Source: Paraspadella gotoi (Eukaryota > Animalia > Chaetognatha). Taken from it: a stretch of 64,000 bases of DNA. A program made the translations under genes and the position numbers. Positions 40,636 through 59,035 of the stretch are shown here, piece by piece. The notes under the pieces were generated by a model. That model worked only from the letters and a program-made list of their open reading frames with translations, did not search any database and was not told where the DNA came from. Each line of letters starts with the position of its first letter. The first letter of the stretch is position 1. Where the stretch lies: contig CM119268.1 in assembly GCA_051294375.1 (NCBI GenBank), positions 21,173,020 to 21,237,019 on the forward strand, written 5' to 3'.

Positions 40636-40740
40636 TAGTACTCGCGGCGCAACTGCAAACAAGAATCCAAATGTATTGGACTGACTGACCGACCGAAAAT
40701 TGACTTATTGAGTTGCTCCGCGAGCAGCTATAATAAAAAA
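40636..40740 (-). mobile_element. Terminus of a Helentron/DINE-like non-autonomous element (T tract, hairpin, GTCN microsatellite)
   Basis: Minus strand reads TTTTTTATTAT AGCTGCTC GCG GAGCAACT CAATAAGTCA..GGTCGGTCAGTCAGTC. There is a 14-bp inverted repeat with CTCGCGGCGCAACT at 40641 and a related terminus at 61031-61061. Confidence 0.4.
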
Positions 40741-41023
40741 GTGAAGAAGGAAAGAAAGAAAGAAAGAAAAAAAAATATACAAAAGGGAAAATGAAATAAA
40801 ATAAGAACAAGACGGGATATGTGTTGTTAAAAGGATGGAAAAGTGTTAGCAAAGAGAGTATGTAAATGTTGTTTAGAAGGCCGATGGATGTTGCTTAAAG
40901 GCCGGTTCCGTGTTTCTAAAATAATGGGTGGCTTTTGCTCAAAAGGTGAGTGGGTGGTGAGTAATTTTTCATCAAAATTGGGAAAATGTCTGATTTTTGT
41001 CGACGCGTCGTCGAAATCGATGA

Positions 41024-41110
41024 AAAAAAGGTGGATATATTGGGTGGTCAAAAAAGAGGTGGATATATTGGGTGGTCAAAAAAGAGGTGGATATATTGGG
41101 TGGTCAAAAA
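41024..41110. repeat. 28-bp tandem repeat x3
   Basis: Unit AGGTGGATATATTGGGTGGTCAAAAAAG. Confidence 0.92.
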
Positions 41111-41169
41111 TAAATTAGACCCATTGATACGCCGGGGTCAAAAAGTAATAGTTTTCAGAGTAGTATAAG

Positions 41170-41236
<67 letters not shown>

Positions 41237-41431
41237 GAAATGTAATATTAATATTAATTTTCTTGTCTTGATTTTCTATTCGAAACTAAATTAACTTTTT
41301 TTTCACTAAAAATCGCCAATGATTCCGTTTTGCTCTAAATCTCTTCAAATCTCCATCGATGACTGACCTGTTTCATCATTCAAGAATCAAGATGCTTTCA
41401 TTTTCGGCTTATAACCCTTTTAACATATAAC

Positions 41432-41663
41432 CCTTTAACCTTTTAACTCTTTAACCTTTTAACTCTTTAACCTTTTAACTCTTTAACCTTTTAACTCTTT
41501 AACCTTATAACTCTTTAACCTTTTAACTCTTTAACCTTTTAACTCTTTAACCTTTTAACTCTTTAACCTTTTAACTCTTTAACCTTATAACTCTTTAACC
41601 TTTTAACTCTTTAACCTTTTAACTCTTTAACCTTATAACTCTTTAACCTTTTAACTCTTTTAA
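41432..41663. repeat. 16-bp minisatellite (TTTTAACTCTTTAACC)n, ~14 copies
   Basis: Directly visible period. Confidence 0.93.
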
Positions 41664-42544
41664 CGACAAAAACCGAAATCCGTTTTAATTCGAATGAAAA
41701 ACATCGCCGTCTTGTTCCCCCCCCCCAAAACGTTCTTTTTTTCATGATTTCAGCTCCTACGCTTTTTACTCTGCTTTCCCATGCCTCTCCCTCCTCTCCA
41801 CCATGTCTTCCCCCTTACCACGCCCTTCTGCTCGTGATGGCTAACGACCTAATAGAAGAGAGAATCTTATGTAGAACAAGAATTTTATTTTATCTTTTTT
41901 TTTTCTCATCCGTTTTATTTCCTTTTTTTGAAAATAGAATCGGTTGTATTTACTTTTTTTATATAATGTTAATAAAGAATACGATCACCATAGTTCCATC
42001 ACTAAGAAAAAACTTCTGCGGGCGCAATTTTCCGTCAGCGGAATCCAATGTGAGCAAAATGCTTCAGTAACGGAATATCATGGGTGAGTAGAAACCATAA
42101 TGACGTAATCTTAAGGGCGAAATCTTAATTGGACTCAAACCTTCGACCTCCGTTCACAATTTATTTTACATCAAATATAAAATGTAATTCATTTATTTTC
42201 GATAAATTTTTAATGAGTGATGTTCAAACGGTGACGTTAGCTTTCCTCAACNNNNNNNNNNNNNNNNNNNNNNNNNNNNNNNNNNNNNNNNNNNNNNNNN
42301 NNNNNNNNNNNNNNNNNNNNNNNNNNNNNNNNNNNNNNNNNNNNNNNNNNNNNNNNNNNNNNNNNNNNNNNNNNNNNNNNNNNNNNNNNNNNNNNNNNNN
42401 NNNNNNNNNNNNNNNNNNNNNNNNNNNNNNNNNNNNNNNNNNNCCGCCCCTCCTCTTCCTTTTTTTTCTCTCTTTCTCAACAATTTCCACTAAATCCTCA
42501 TCTTAGACCGAATTCCGTTTCTAGTTTCTCCTTTTCTTTTGTTT

Positions 42545-43035
42545 ACTACAACACGAGACGCCGATTCGAAACGAGGCTCCATTTCCGGGAAAAGCGGTCG
42601 ACGCCGTCGTCCAATGGGGAGGGGAGATGCAGTAGACCCAATCTTGGTCACTGCCAGTTAATACCATCGCCCAATCGGAGGGGAGATGCAGTAGAAAACC
42701 CGGTCAATGCTGTTGTCAGAATGCCAGTGGATGTCGTCGCCAAATGGGGGGTGGGATATGCCATATCTGCAATCCCGGACAATGCTGATGTCAAAATTCC
42801 GGACGATGCGGTTGCCCTATGGGTGGGAGATGCAATAGACCCTTTTCCGGTCAATGCTTTTGCCAAAATTCCGGACGATGCCGTCGTCCAATGGGAGGGC
42901 AGATGCAGTAGACCATATCCTGGTCAATGCGGTTGCCAAATTTCTGGGCGGTCGCAAGAAGCCGGGCCATTGCCGTCGCGCAATTGTTTGGCGATGCTGA
43001 CAATCGAATGTCTTCGCCCGATCGACAATTATTAG
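42545..43035 (+). CDS. Cysteine-rich repeat protein or pseudogene (24-aa unit ~ GRCxRPxPGQCxCQNSGRCRRPMG)
   Basis: The frame from 42681 gives GRCSRKPGQCCCQNASGCRRQMGGGICHICNPGQC*CQNSGRCGCPMGGRCNRPFSGQCFCQNSGRCRRPMGG. Differences between units in the GQCxCQ motif are synonymous in this frame (GGT/GGA, TGT/TGC, CAG/CAA). It has one TGA and some frameshifts. Confidence 0.55.
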
Positions 43036-43121
43036 CAGACAACCAATTGTACTGTCTCTAATCACATACCCTTTTTAGGAATGCGAGGTTATTCATATTT
43101 ATAAATTGTTAATCCAATATA

Positions 43122-43155
<34 letters not shown>

Positions 43156-43469
43156 TTTTTTCTTTTTCTCTCTTTCTGTCTTTCTCTCCATCTTTCTATG
43201 TTTAGTTCTTTTTATTTATTTCTTTCTTTCTCCTTTTCTCTTTCCTTCTTTCTTTCTCATTCTCCTTTGGCTTCGCTTTCCTCATTCTCAACATCGTTAA
43301 ACATTTCTTAAACATTTTTAAGTAAAAATTCTTTATTTTTCTTCTTGAGTGAAAATCTCTCTTTTCTTTTCTCTCTTCACCTCAAAAAACCGTTCGTCAT
43401 TTTCCCCACTGAATATAACGTCCTTGAATCTTTGAAAAGCATATCTCGTTTCTTCTCTCTCTCTCTCTC

Positions 43470-43519
<50 letters not shown>

Positions 43520-44039
43520 CCTCTCTCTTCTCTCTCTCTCTCTTCTTTTTTTCAAAGAGGAGAACGACGACCGCGGACACCGACGACCACACCGACGACC
43601 GGTTAATATATTGACGGCTCCCCACGGCCAATAACCTTTCATTACTTTGCATGATTTGTTGAGACAATGATGAAATGACCGGCACGACGACAATACTGAC
43701 CGACCAACTGATGACGACGACAGAGAGACCATAAAACTGAGAAAGTACATTAGGTCGTGGCAATTGAAAAACATTAATGACAATGTTGATTATGATGTTT
43801 TCGATAATGTGTTTTGATGCTTCATAACAATGATGATTAATGATTGATTGATATTTTTTTAACCATGATGCTATGTATGATGGTGATGATTATGATAACA
43901 ATGATGAAATATTAATGATGATATTTATGACCATGGTTTGATGATGATATGAAGATCGGATGATGCTCGATGATGTTCTTTGATGATTGATGAAGGAGAT
44001 AATGAATGATTGACCTGGAGATTCTCCCGACTGGTAGAT

Positions 44040-49342
<5,303 letters not shown>

Positions 49343-49849
49343 TCTCCTTCTTACCAAAGAAATGGGAGGAAGGGTGGAAAAGGAGAGGAAGGAAATGGGA
49401 AAGGAGGAAAGGGAGGAAGGAAGGAGAAAAAAGGAAGGGAAAAAATAGAGAAGGTAAAAAAAGAGAGGGAGGGAAGAGAGCAAAGAAAAGAAACAGAGAT
49501 GAAAAGGGAAGGAAAAAGAGAAGAAGGATAAGGAAAGGGAGGTAAAGGGAGGAGAGAAAGGATAGGGAAAAGGGAGGAAAAAGGAAAGAAAATAGGAGAA
49601 AGAATCGTGGAGAGAAAGAAGAAAAAAATAATTTTAAGGAAAGGACTAAGATTAATTTTAAGAAAAGAAAGAAAAATTTACAACTAAAAAAGGCGAAGTA
49701 GACAGAGAAAGGAGAAAAAAAAAAGAAAAGCAAAGTTGGAGGAAAGAAGCAGAAAAAAGAAAGTAGAAAGAAAAAAAGAAAATGGCTGCCACCGAAAACA
49801 CAAATCCCGATGGAGAGGAGGTGAAAAGGCGAAAAGGGCGGGAATGATG

Positions 49850-50185
49850 TGGAGGCTTTGATGGAGGAAAATGATGGAGTGATGATGGGAGAGTTAATAG
49901 AGTTGATGGAGGAAATTGATGGAGTAATGATAGAAGAGTGAAAAGAGCTGATGGAGGAAATTGATGGAGTGATGATCCGTGGGTAATTATAGTTTATGGA
50001 GGAATACATGAAGCGATAATTTTCGAGTTGATGGGGGAAATGATGGAGCGATAATGGGAGATTTGATATAGTAGATGGGAAAATTGATGGGAGAGTATAT
50101 GGGAAAAATAATATAGTGATGATGGGAGAGCTAACAGAGTTAATGGGGAAATCTATGAAGTGATGAAAGATTGAGTGATGGAACA
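49850..50185. repeat. Degenerate ~45-bp purine-rich tandem repeat
   Basis: Recurrent GATGGAGGAAATTGATGGAGTGATGATGGGAGAG. Confidence 0.7.
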
Positions 50186-50789
50186 ATATTTTTTGCTGAC
50201 TTTGTATATGTAATAAAAAATAATTAAGCCCTTTTTCAAAATTTGCATAACAGCATCATTAATTGAATTTTTTTATAGTAATATCCTTTTAAAATCATAA
50301 AATTTTAAAATAATATTTTTTTTTATTCAAGAACAGTTTCGGATTCGCCGGAAAAAACTGAAAAACTTTTGTAAAATATGTTTCATTATATTTTTAGGTT
50401 AAAGCTGAGAAAAATGACCAAAACTTTTCATCACTCATCATAGTTTCTATTACAGAGCGTAAAAAAGTGGAGAATTTTGACTTTTTGTTCCATTTTTGAC
50501 GCTGAAGACATTGAAATTTTTAATAACATATTTTATATTTTTGATCTAACTTTTTATAAAAAAATCATAAGCTTTCATAAAAATTTTGTCCTCCTTAATC
50601 ATACTATCTCAGGTCTAAATATCCTTGTTTGTTCACTCAAATAGAATTTATGTTCCCCAGTCCTTCACTCTAGTGCGCATGGATTGAGGGGACATCGCAA
50701 GGGGATCTTGGTGGCTCGACCTAAAGTGCGGCAACGTGAGCGACAGGCGGAGCGTGAATGCAGAACCAGAAATAAATTCGAGACTCCAA

Positions 50790-50824
<35 letters not shown>

Positions 50825-51409
50825 AGAAAAACAAGAAGAAGACGACGATAATGATGACGACGACGACGATGACGACGATAAAGTCGACGACGACGACGAC
50901 AATGTTTAAAAGAAAATGACAAAATGAAACGAGACAGAAGAAAACAATAAATGAAAAAAAAAATTCCAGTTTTTAAGTCGAAAAAGATAGAAAATGATAA
51001 CCATAAACCTATCGATTGACTGGTATTAGAACTTCATTTTAATATTACGCCATCAATGCTTAATAGAAGGGTACAGTAGTAAAATGATAGAAGTTTGCAT
51101 TACTTAAAACTCAATTAATATCGATTTAAGAAAAAAACGGTCAACCAAGTTAACCAGGTTAAACAGTTAAACGTTTTATTAAACAGTCAAATACAATTTC
51201 TAAGAAAATAGTAAAATCAATCAGAATATATCTCCAGCTTCGAGCCCAACTTCCTGCAACATTGGGCTTTGATAATTCAGTTTTACCCCAATTTCGCTTT
51301 CAACGTCGAACAAAAGACTAATTTCAGTATTTGCTCTTTTTTTTAGCAAACATCAAAAGAAAATCATTTTTTTCATGATTATTTTTTCCTTTCCAAAAAA
51401 AAAAAAGAT

Positions 51410-51622
51410 TGTCGGCTTCTTTGTTTCATTCATTTCTCTATTTTCTCCGCCGCCGCCGCAGCCGACGGGGCTGTCGACGCTGCAGCCGCTGCATACAACG
51501 CCGCCTCCACTCCTGCCTCCACTTTCGCTGCAACCTCTTATCCTACCACTGACGCCTTCAATGACGAATCCAACATTGACGCTTTCTTTGCCAGTGACAC
51601 CTCGGCCTCTCAAATAGATGGC
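51410..51622 (+). CDS. Probable coding exon (hydrophobic, then Ala/Ser/Thr/Asp-rich), truncated by a gap
   Basis: A frame not listed in the ORF track reads CRLLCFIHFSIFSAAAAADGAVDAAAAAYNAASTPASTFAATSYPTTDAFNDESNIDAFFASDTSASQIDG. The stretch is GC-rich. Confidence 0.35.
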
Positions 51623-54600
51623 NNNNNNNNNNNNNNNNNNNNNNNNNNNNNNNNNNNNNNNNNNNNNNNNNNNNNNNNNNNNNNNNNNNNNNNNNNNNNN
51701 NNNNNNNNNNNNNNNNNNNNNNNNNNNNNNNNNNNNNNNNNNNNNNNNNNNNNNNNNNNNNNNNNNNNNNNNNNNNNNNNNNNNNNNNNNNNNNNNNNNN
51801 NNNNNNNNNNNNNNNNNNNNNNNNNNNNNNNNNNNNNNNNTCCCGCCGCTCTCTAATCCGATTAAAAACGTCTCAAAACCTTCCCAAGATTTTCTCACCA
51901 TATTTTCATCTCGTTATTTTTCACAGGGCGTCCGGTTCATTTGATTGGTACCGTCTTGGAACCGTATGTTTTGGGAGGAAAAGGTCCGGAGAACGCAACC
52001 GGCTTTTGATTCTTTTTTAAATCTAATTTTAACATCCAGACAGCCTGCTTATGAATATTGTGGGAGGTGAATTCCATTTATTAGGTGTCGCTAGTTAAAT
52101 TGAAGNNNNNNNNNNNNNNNNNNNNNNNNNNNNNNNNNNNNNNNNNNNNNNNNNNNNNNNNNNNNNNNNNNNNNNNNNNNNNNNNNNNNNNNNNNNNNNN
52201 NNNNNNNNNNNNNNNNNNNNNNNNNNNNNNNNNNNNNNNNGGTGTCGCTAGTTAAATCGAAGTATAAACGAATAAACTAAATATATTAAAACCTAGAAAG
52301 TCCTTTCAAGTGAGAAAGAAAACTCTAATAAGAATAACAAATATGTCTCCACTCTGTTCACATCTCTCTCTCNNNNNNNNNNNNNNNNNNNNNNNNNNNN
52401 NNNNNNNNNNNNNNNNNNNNNNNNNNNNNNNNNNNNNNTCTCTCTCTTCTCTTCAATTAAAAAAAAAAGGAATCAAAAATGAATTTTTTGAAGAAAAAAA
52501 AAAGAAGAAGAAAATTTGCAAAACAAACGACGGCGGCGACGACAGCGCCGTCGACATTGAAGCGGGAAAAGCAATTAGACGAAGAGAAACAAAACAGCAA
52601 CTAATTAGGAACCGCGAAAAAAAAGAAGGGGGGAGAGAAATTGAAAGAGAAGAATGATATGAAGAGAATTTTTTTTTAAAAATGAAAGAGCCTACCTTTT
52701 TTTCAATTTCATTTTTTTTCTTAATAACTTGAGTCAAAGTTAGTCCAATCTCGAGAAAAAAAATTTATGATCACCCATTAAAGGGAATCGGAAATAACGA
52801 TAACTCGATAAAACGATACTCGGATATAACGAGAAATTGAGGCTGAGAAGGCGAAATTTTTAATATGAGACGTCGACATATNNNNNNNNNNNNNNNNNNN
52901 NNNNNNNNNNNNNNNNNNNNNNNNNNNNNNNNNNNNNNNNNNNNNNNNNNNNNNNNNNNNNNNNNNNNNNNNNNNNNNNNNNNNNNNNNNNNNNNNNNNN
53001 NNNNNNNNNNNNNNNNNNNNNNNNNNNNNNNNNNNNNNNNNNNNNNNNNNNNNNNNNNNNNNNNNNNNNNNNNNNNNNNNNNNNNNNNNCCACCGCCAGG
53101 ATCGCGTTATCACCAAACGTCTCGCGTTATCATGAAGGATCGTGAAAGATGAAATATCTTTGTGTCAAATTGTGGTTTTTGCGGGTTGATATATGGGCAG
53201 TGTTTTCCTAAAGCACCCCATTCCTGTTTTTTTTTATTTCTTTTAAGGTAATTTTTATTAAAATATTAAACCCGATTTTTAAATTTAAACCTTGAACCAT
53301 AAACGTAATCTCGAATCCACATGAAAAAATTTTGACGAGGATTTCAATCTTTTATAAAAATTTAGGAAAAACCAAATATTATAAATCAAATTTTTTTATC
53401 CATATCATCATTCTTTTAAATAAGCGAAGTCTCTACCTATAAACGCGCAGTTATCTTATTTTTATGAAATATCATTTCGTTAAAAGTTTTTAAATACATG
53501 AGAATATCCAAATATGCATGATTCGTATTGCACTTTTTTCTTGTGTACGTCAAACTAAGATATTGTAGGCAAATCGCGCGTGTGATTCTCTCTCGTCGCT
53601 GCAGACAACGATCTTGAAGTTTGCGTTCGCCTCTGAGGACGTCNNNNNNNNNNNNNNNNNNNNNNNNNNNNNNNNNNNNNNNNNNNNNNNNNNNNNNNNN
53701 NNNNNNNNNNNNNNNNNNNNNNNNNNNNNNNNNNNNNNNNNNNNNNNNNNNNNNNNNNNNNNNNNNNNNNNNNNNNNNNNNNNNNNNNNNNNNNNNNNNN
53801 NNNNNNNNNNNNNNNNNNNNNNNNNNNNNNATCGAAGATGTCGACATTAAAGGGAATAAAAGGTCTTCAAGTGTCTCCTTGCGTCAGAAAGGGTGATGGA
53901 TGAGATGTTTTAGGGAGGAAGAGATAGAGAGAGAGAGAGAGAGAGAGAGTTTGGAGTAAGAGAGAGAGAGGGAGAGCGAGAGTTAGGAGTGAGAGAAAGA
54001 AGGAGAGAGAGAGGCAGGAAGTAACGGACGGATGCAAAGAGAGAGATTAGGGAGTAAGAGAGAGAGGAAGTAACAGAGAAAGAGAGAGAGAGTGTTTGGA
54101 ATGAAATAGAAGAAAAGATAGAGTTTGAAAGAAAAAGAGTGAGCGAGAGAGAAAGAGAGAAAGTGTGAGAGAATATATATTTAAAGAAAGAGAGAGATAG
54201 AAATGTTAAAAAAAGAAGAAATTTAGATAATTAAAATAAGATTAGCTTCAGCTCATTTTAATTCAAAAAGCAATTCATCTCATTGTTAGAAACTAGAAAA
54301 TATAGATTGACTTTTTGCCCTGAGTAAAGTGTTTCACAACTTCCTAACGTTATGACAGAAAGATAGTGAAAAAAAAACTGGGATATTCCCCGAACGGACA
54401 TCAACTTTGAGAGTAAAATATGAGAGGCATTGACCGGAGGCGAGAGAGAATCTTAAAAGGCCCCCTGAGAAACGCGTGTATACATGCCTGGGAGTTGGTT
54501 GTAAAGAAGGAGACGACGAGGAGAGACGAAGGACGAGCAGACCGACGACCGAGACGAGGAGAGAGAGAGCCAGAGAGAAGACGAGACGAAGGCCAGAAAA

Positions 54601-54906
54601 TAAAGCACGAGACCGCAGACGGACACGAAAAAAATAAGAGAACCGGGCAGCCTGGTCGGGAGGCATCGGGGCTTGCGTCTGACAACCGTACCGACGCCGC
54701 CGGACGACCCCTCTCCTTCCGCTCCTCCTCTCTCTACCGCCCGGTCTGAAAGGTCGGAGGTCATCCGCGTCGGTGACTCTCGAAAAATGAGCGGATCCNN
54801 NNNNNNNNNNNNNNNNNNNNNNNTGTTGTTGTTAATAGAGTGAAGAGGAGATGAGAGAGAAGAGACGAGCAGAGGATGAGAGAGAGAAGAGAGAGAGAGA
54901 GAGAGA

Positions 54907-54964
<58 letters not shown>

Positions 54965-55249
54965 CATGGGTTTGGTCGACAATCGACCGAGCCGCGATGA
55001 CGACCAAAAAGGCTTCCCTCTTCCTCCGTCCTTCTCTCTTTACGCGCCCAGTCACAATCTTTCATTGATTTGCCATATTTAACTATTTATAAGATATTTT
55101 CTGATACCCAAGCGCGTAGGTCATCAATAATTCTCGCAGATCTCTCTCTTGTTAAAAAGAGCGATAGAAAACTCTCGATGGAAAATGTATAAATCACTAA
55201 TGACACTTACCATACTCATAATTATTCATCTACTACTTGTGACGATTTA

Positions 55250-58200
55250 GCGATTGTACAGCAGACCTGGTGTTCTTATATCGGTGCAATTGTCCAGCAC
55301 ATTACCTGAGAGCAATTTTCTGTACCTTTCCTTTCTTTCTCTTCTCTACTTTCTTCATTGTGTGTTTAATTTTGACAACTACTTTTCCTGCTTTCTTTCT
55401 CAACCTCTCTCTTATTTCTTACGATCTACTCTCAATAATAGGTGCGTCTTCTTGCTCTCCAGAATCTAATGATTGAAGCCGTCAGCGAGGCAATGACTGG
55501 GGCCTTCACATACGGCACCATAATGTAGGCCAGCCCAACAAGAAGGGGTCGGGTGGTCGATAAATAAACATAATAGAACTATCAGTATTGAATATGTATG
55601 AGTATATGAGTTATGTTTTGTTGTTGTTGCCTATTAATACTGAGTTTAGTATCGCGCCAGGGTACTTTATATTGTGATAATCTTCCCTGCGCTAAATCAT
55701 GAATAAATAGCAGCTATTATATGACTATATACTATAATGCCGAAGCAGTGGAAGTTTAGTTGCATAAAAAAGATTTTAATTTACATGTAGAAGCGCTCTG
55801 AGCCAATGAGTTATCTCTCAAAGTTATTTGATTATAAAATAATAGAATACTCCTTGAAAAAGTGTTTTCCACTCAGGAATTATCTATAAAATAATTCGTG
55901 AAGTGTGGCGAGAGGAGAGAAAAATTAGCTAGGAGAGTAACTAAAACGAAGGAGAAAAGACAAATTAGAAAGATCGAGCCGAGAAGAGATTCTGAATTCT
56001 ACAATAAATTATTCATTACTCGCTTCTACGTAACGTGAGCAGAGAAAAGTAAAGATAATTATCATAGGTGAGTGCTCTATTATAAATGATCTGGATAAAG
56101 ATGCCGGTAGGCGGCATCAGTGGAGAATTAACCCTCAAAGATTATTTTAAACTGTTTATAATTAAAAGCTTAATTTGAAAATATAAAAATAATCCTTGGA
56201 AATAGGAACTGAAATGCGCCCTATATGGGTTTGCGCTATGGCAGACATCAAGTTTCATTTTATAGTCAATAACATTCGTAAACATAATGACGAAATGAAG
56301 GTAGGCAGAGTATGGAGAGTATGAGCAGTGAATCAGTTGTATGATTCATATCTAAGAACACTTTACAAAGAAGATATGTATACGCACAGAGAGATATTCT
56401 CTGTGAGATTCGTAGAGACTTAATTTTGGAGGCATAAAGACTGAAACAGAGACCACGAACTCTACTAACTCGTTTGGTATCTCACATACATCGTCGTCTT
56501 ATGCTGTGAAATCATTAAATCAAAACATTAGGATAAGTTACGGTATAATATTAAAATATGTCTCTCGATGTTTGTATACATACCAGGTAAGAACAATATG
56601 ATGTAGAGTACTGGAGTCATTGTATGCGCACGTGCAAACGTAATGGAACCGCGGGAAATAACACGATCTTGCGTCAGGATTTTATGTTGCACATGACGCC
56701 CGATTCGTGAGCTTACGGAATTTGAAATCACAATCAATCTACACTCTGGTGTGACACTAAAAATATAATATCATCGTAGCTACAAAGAGAAAAAGAGAAT
56801 ACGTATTTAGAAATGCGTATAGCTGAGCTGAAGGAGGGAGAGATGAGATGAGAGAACACATATTCTCCAAGAAGTATAGCAATATGAGAGAGAGAGAGTA
56901 TTTTTCTCGCAGAGAGCATGAAAAAGAAATTTATCCAGTCAGATTACGAGACACCAATCTGTGACGAATGGGTTTGAATTCGGTTCACCCCGGGCAAACG
57001 GTTTGATTACTGATAACTTGTAGAATCCAGCGGTTCAATCCTTGTGTGGCTATCAGACGACCGTCAATTAATAATTTGGGTAAAAATAGACGAGAATTAT
57101 GAAGCCTATTTCAATTTTTTTTCTGAACTCGTGTTCAGTATCTTAATTACTCGTACTCATTGCATAAATATTTATTGTGTGCTAACACAAAGAAGCCAGC
57201 AGAGAGATACTCATCTCTCTCTCTTTTTTCTTCCTTTCTCTACCGACGGGCGATCGTCGCGGGTCTATCGTGCGACTTACCTGCGTTTCTTACCTTTCCT
57301 TTCTTTCTCTCTCTCTTTCTCCTTGTTTCTCCGTTTCTCTCTCTGTTTCTCTCGCTGTCTCTCTTGCTCTCCAGAAATCTAATGATTGAAGGGTCAGCGA
57401 GGATGACTGGGGCTTAATGAGGGCACATAATTTAGGCTGCACAAAGGGTCCGGTGGTCAAATATATTGACCTTGTTGTTGTTGTTGTTGTTAATGTTGTT
57501 GTCCTTTCTGTTGCCGCTCAGGCTTTTTTGGTCTTCTGGTTAATTGAAAACAATAACAATATTATGGAATTAGTGATAGAAAAAGTAATCTGTAAAGCAA
57601 ATGATCCAAAGTTAGTGATTTTCTCAAAATAATCGATGTTCTACTAAATTCTAAAATTCTAAGAGGGAGAGGGAGAGAAAAATAGAGAGAGAGACAAAGA
57701 GAGAGAGAGAAAGAGAGCGAGAGAGAGAGATTCTAAAGTCTCTAAATTTTTCAACTCGCATCCTGGACGGAAAAGAATTTTCATGTGGGCGTTTTTTAAT
57801 TGATACTGATAAAAAGGTAGCGCTCATCAGTGGAGAATTAACCCTCAAAAGATATATTTTAACTGTTATAATTAAAAGCATAATTTGAAAAATAAAAAAT
57901 ATGCTTGAAATAGGAACTGAAATGGGCCCTAATGGTTTGGCTATTGCGAGCAAGTTTGATTTTGATCCAAGAAACATGGAAACAAATGGCAATGAAGTAG
58001 GAGTTGGGAGTTGAGTGAATCGTTGTATGGTTCATAATAAAACACTTCAAAATTATCTCGATAAATTCTCTGGTGTTCGTCTTTTTGGAGGAAAAGACAT
58101 TGAAGACCCAACAAAATTTGTATCCCAAATCGATTATGAAAACATGCTTTCAAACATGAAATCTGTAAATAATTTAAATTCCGAGTTTCTTCTCAGTCTG

Positions 58201-58575
58201 ACCAATTTTACAGATTTGTGCCATACTATGGGAAATAACGATGTCGTCAGGAATTTAGTGCCCTCTATCACGAATTTGGAAATCACAATCAATCTGCTCT
58301 CGGTTTTTTGCAAATAGCGACGACAAGAGAAAGAAATATTGTAGTTTCTATAGCTTCTGGTGAATATGGAAGCATTCTCCAAAATCATGTTTTTCTCCAA
58401 GAGCTAAAAAAAATTTATCCAGTCATTCACCAATCTTACATGGGTTTGAAATCGGTCACCGCCGGCAAGCGGTTTGATTTATAACTTGTAAATCCAGGGT
58501 TCAATCCTGGTTGCATCAGCGATTAATAATTTGTAAAAAGATTATTTATAACTTTTCAATTTTTTTTTGACACGA
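55250..58575 (+). repeat. Tandem duplicate: insertion-corrupted copy (~55250-57130) followed by a cleaner copy (~57240-58575)
   Basis: Shared anchors include CATCAGTGGAGAATTAACCCTCAAA at 56115 and 57825, and AAATTTATCCAGTCA at 56927 and 58411. Confidence 0.9.
58015..58526 (+). CDS. Protein-like frame with stops (gene fragment, unknown product)
   Basis: A 100-aa ORF of normal composition (KTLQNYLDKFSGVRLFGGKDIEDPTKF...) continues past a stop as RRQERNIVVSIASGEYGSILQNHVFLQELKKIYP. Confidence 0.35.
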
Positions 58576-58885
58576 GAGAGTCCGTCAGTTCTAACTTATC
58601 GATAAAATGCACATCAAGAACCATACTGGATGTTCTAGAGGTTATAACTCAGCCCTTTACCCAGACCTGGAAAAAATTAACACACAAGTCTGTAAACAAC
58701 AAAACAGTCAACTAAAAAAAATTAAATACAATGGATTGTTACTCAAAAGTCAAAACCAAAAACAGCATGGAAAGTAATCACCACGTATATGTGTCTGAAA
58801 AATAACTTGCGTAGTTATTATGAATCTAAGAAAGTGAAGAGACAGTAATTATTGATAAGTGTTAATGACAGAACCGTTCAATATA

Positions 58886-58961
58886 AGCAGTCCCTGAGCT
58901 TCGGATCAAGCTGTAACACCATGTTACAGGCGGGTTAAGCGCCCCGTCCCTCTTAACTGCT
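58886..58961 (-). ncRNA. P5-type twister ribozyme in the 3' LTR, predicted cleavage 58937/58936
   Basis: Minus strand reads AGCAGT taa GAGG GACG GGGCGCT TAA CCC GCC TGTAACA tgg TGTTACA G CTTGA TCCGAAGC TCAGG g ACTGCT. It has P5 6 bp, P3 7 bp, P4 5 bp, a loop-4 YCCGAAGC, T1 CG:CG and T2 GCC. Confidence 0.85.
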
Positions 58962-58963
58962 AG

Positions 58964-59035
58964 GCGGCCACCGGGCTAGAACCCCGGACCTTTGGGTTGG
59001 GAGGCAAATGACTTGCCTCCGGCACCAATGGCTAC
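58964..59035 (-). promoter_or_regulatory. 72-nt tRNA-Gly(CCC)-like head with Pol III A/B boxes inside the LTR
   Basis: Acceptor stem GTAGCCA/TGGCCGC, anticodon arm TTTG.CTCCCAA..CAAA, T arm CCGGG GTTCTAG CCCGG. The D arm is degenerate. Confidence 0.75.

Noticed and set aside
58964-59035. Functional tRNA-Gly gene (and tRNA-Met at 18302)
   Set aside because: Degenerate D and anticodon arms, no T4 terminator, and embedded in repeated LTRs.
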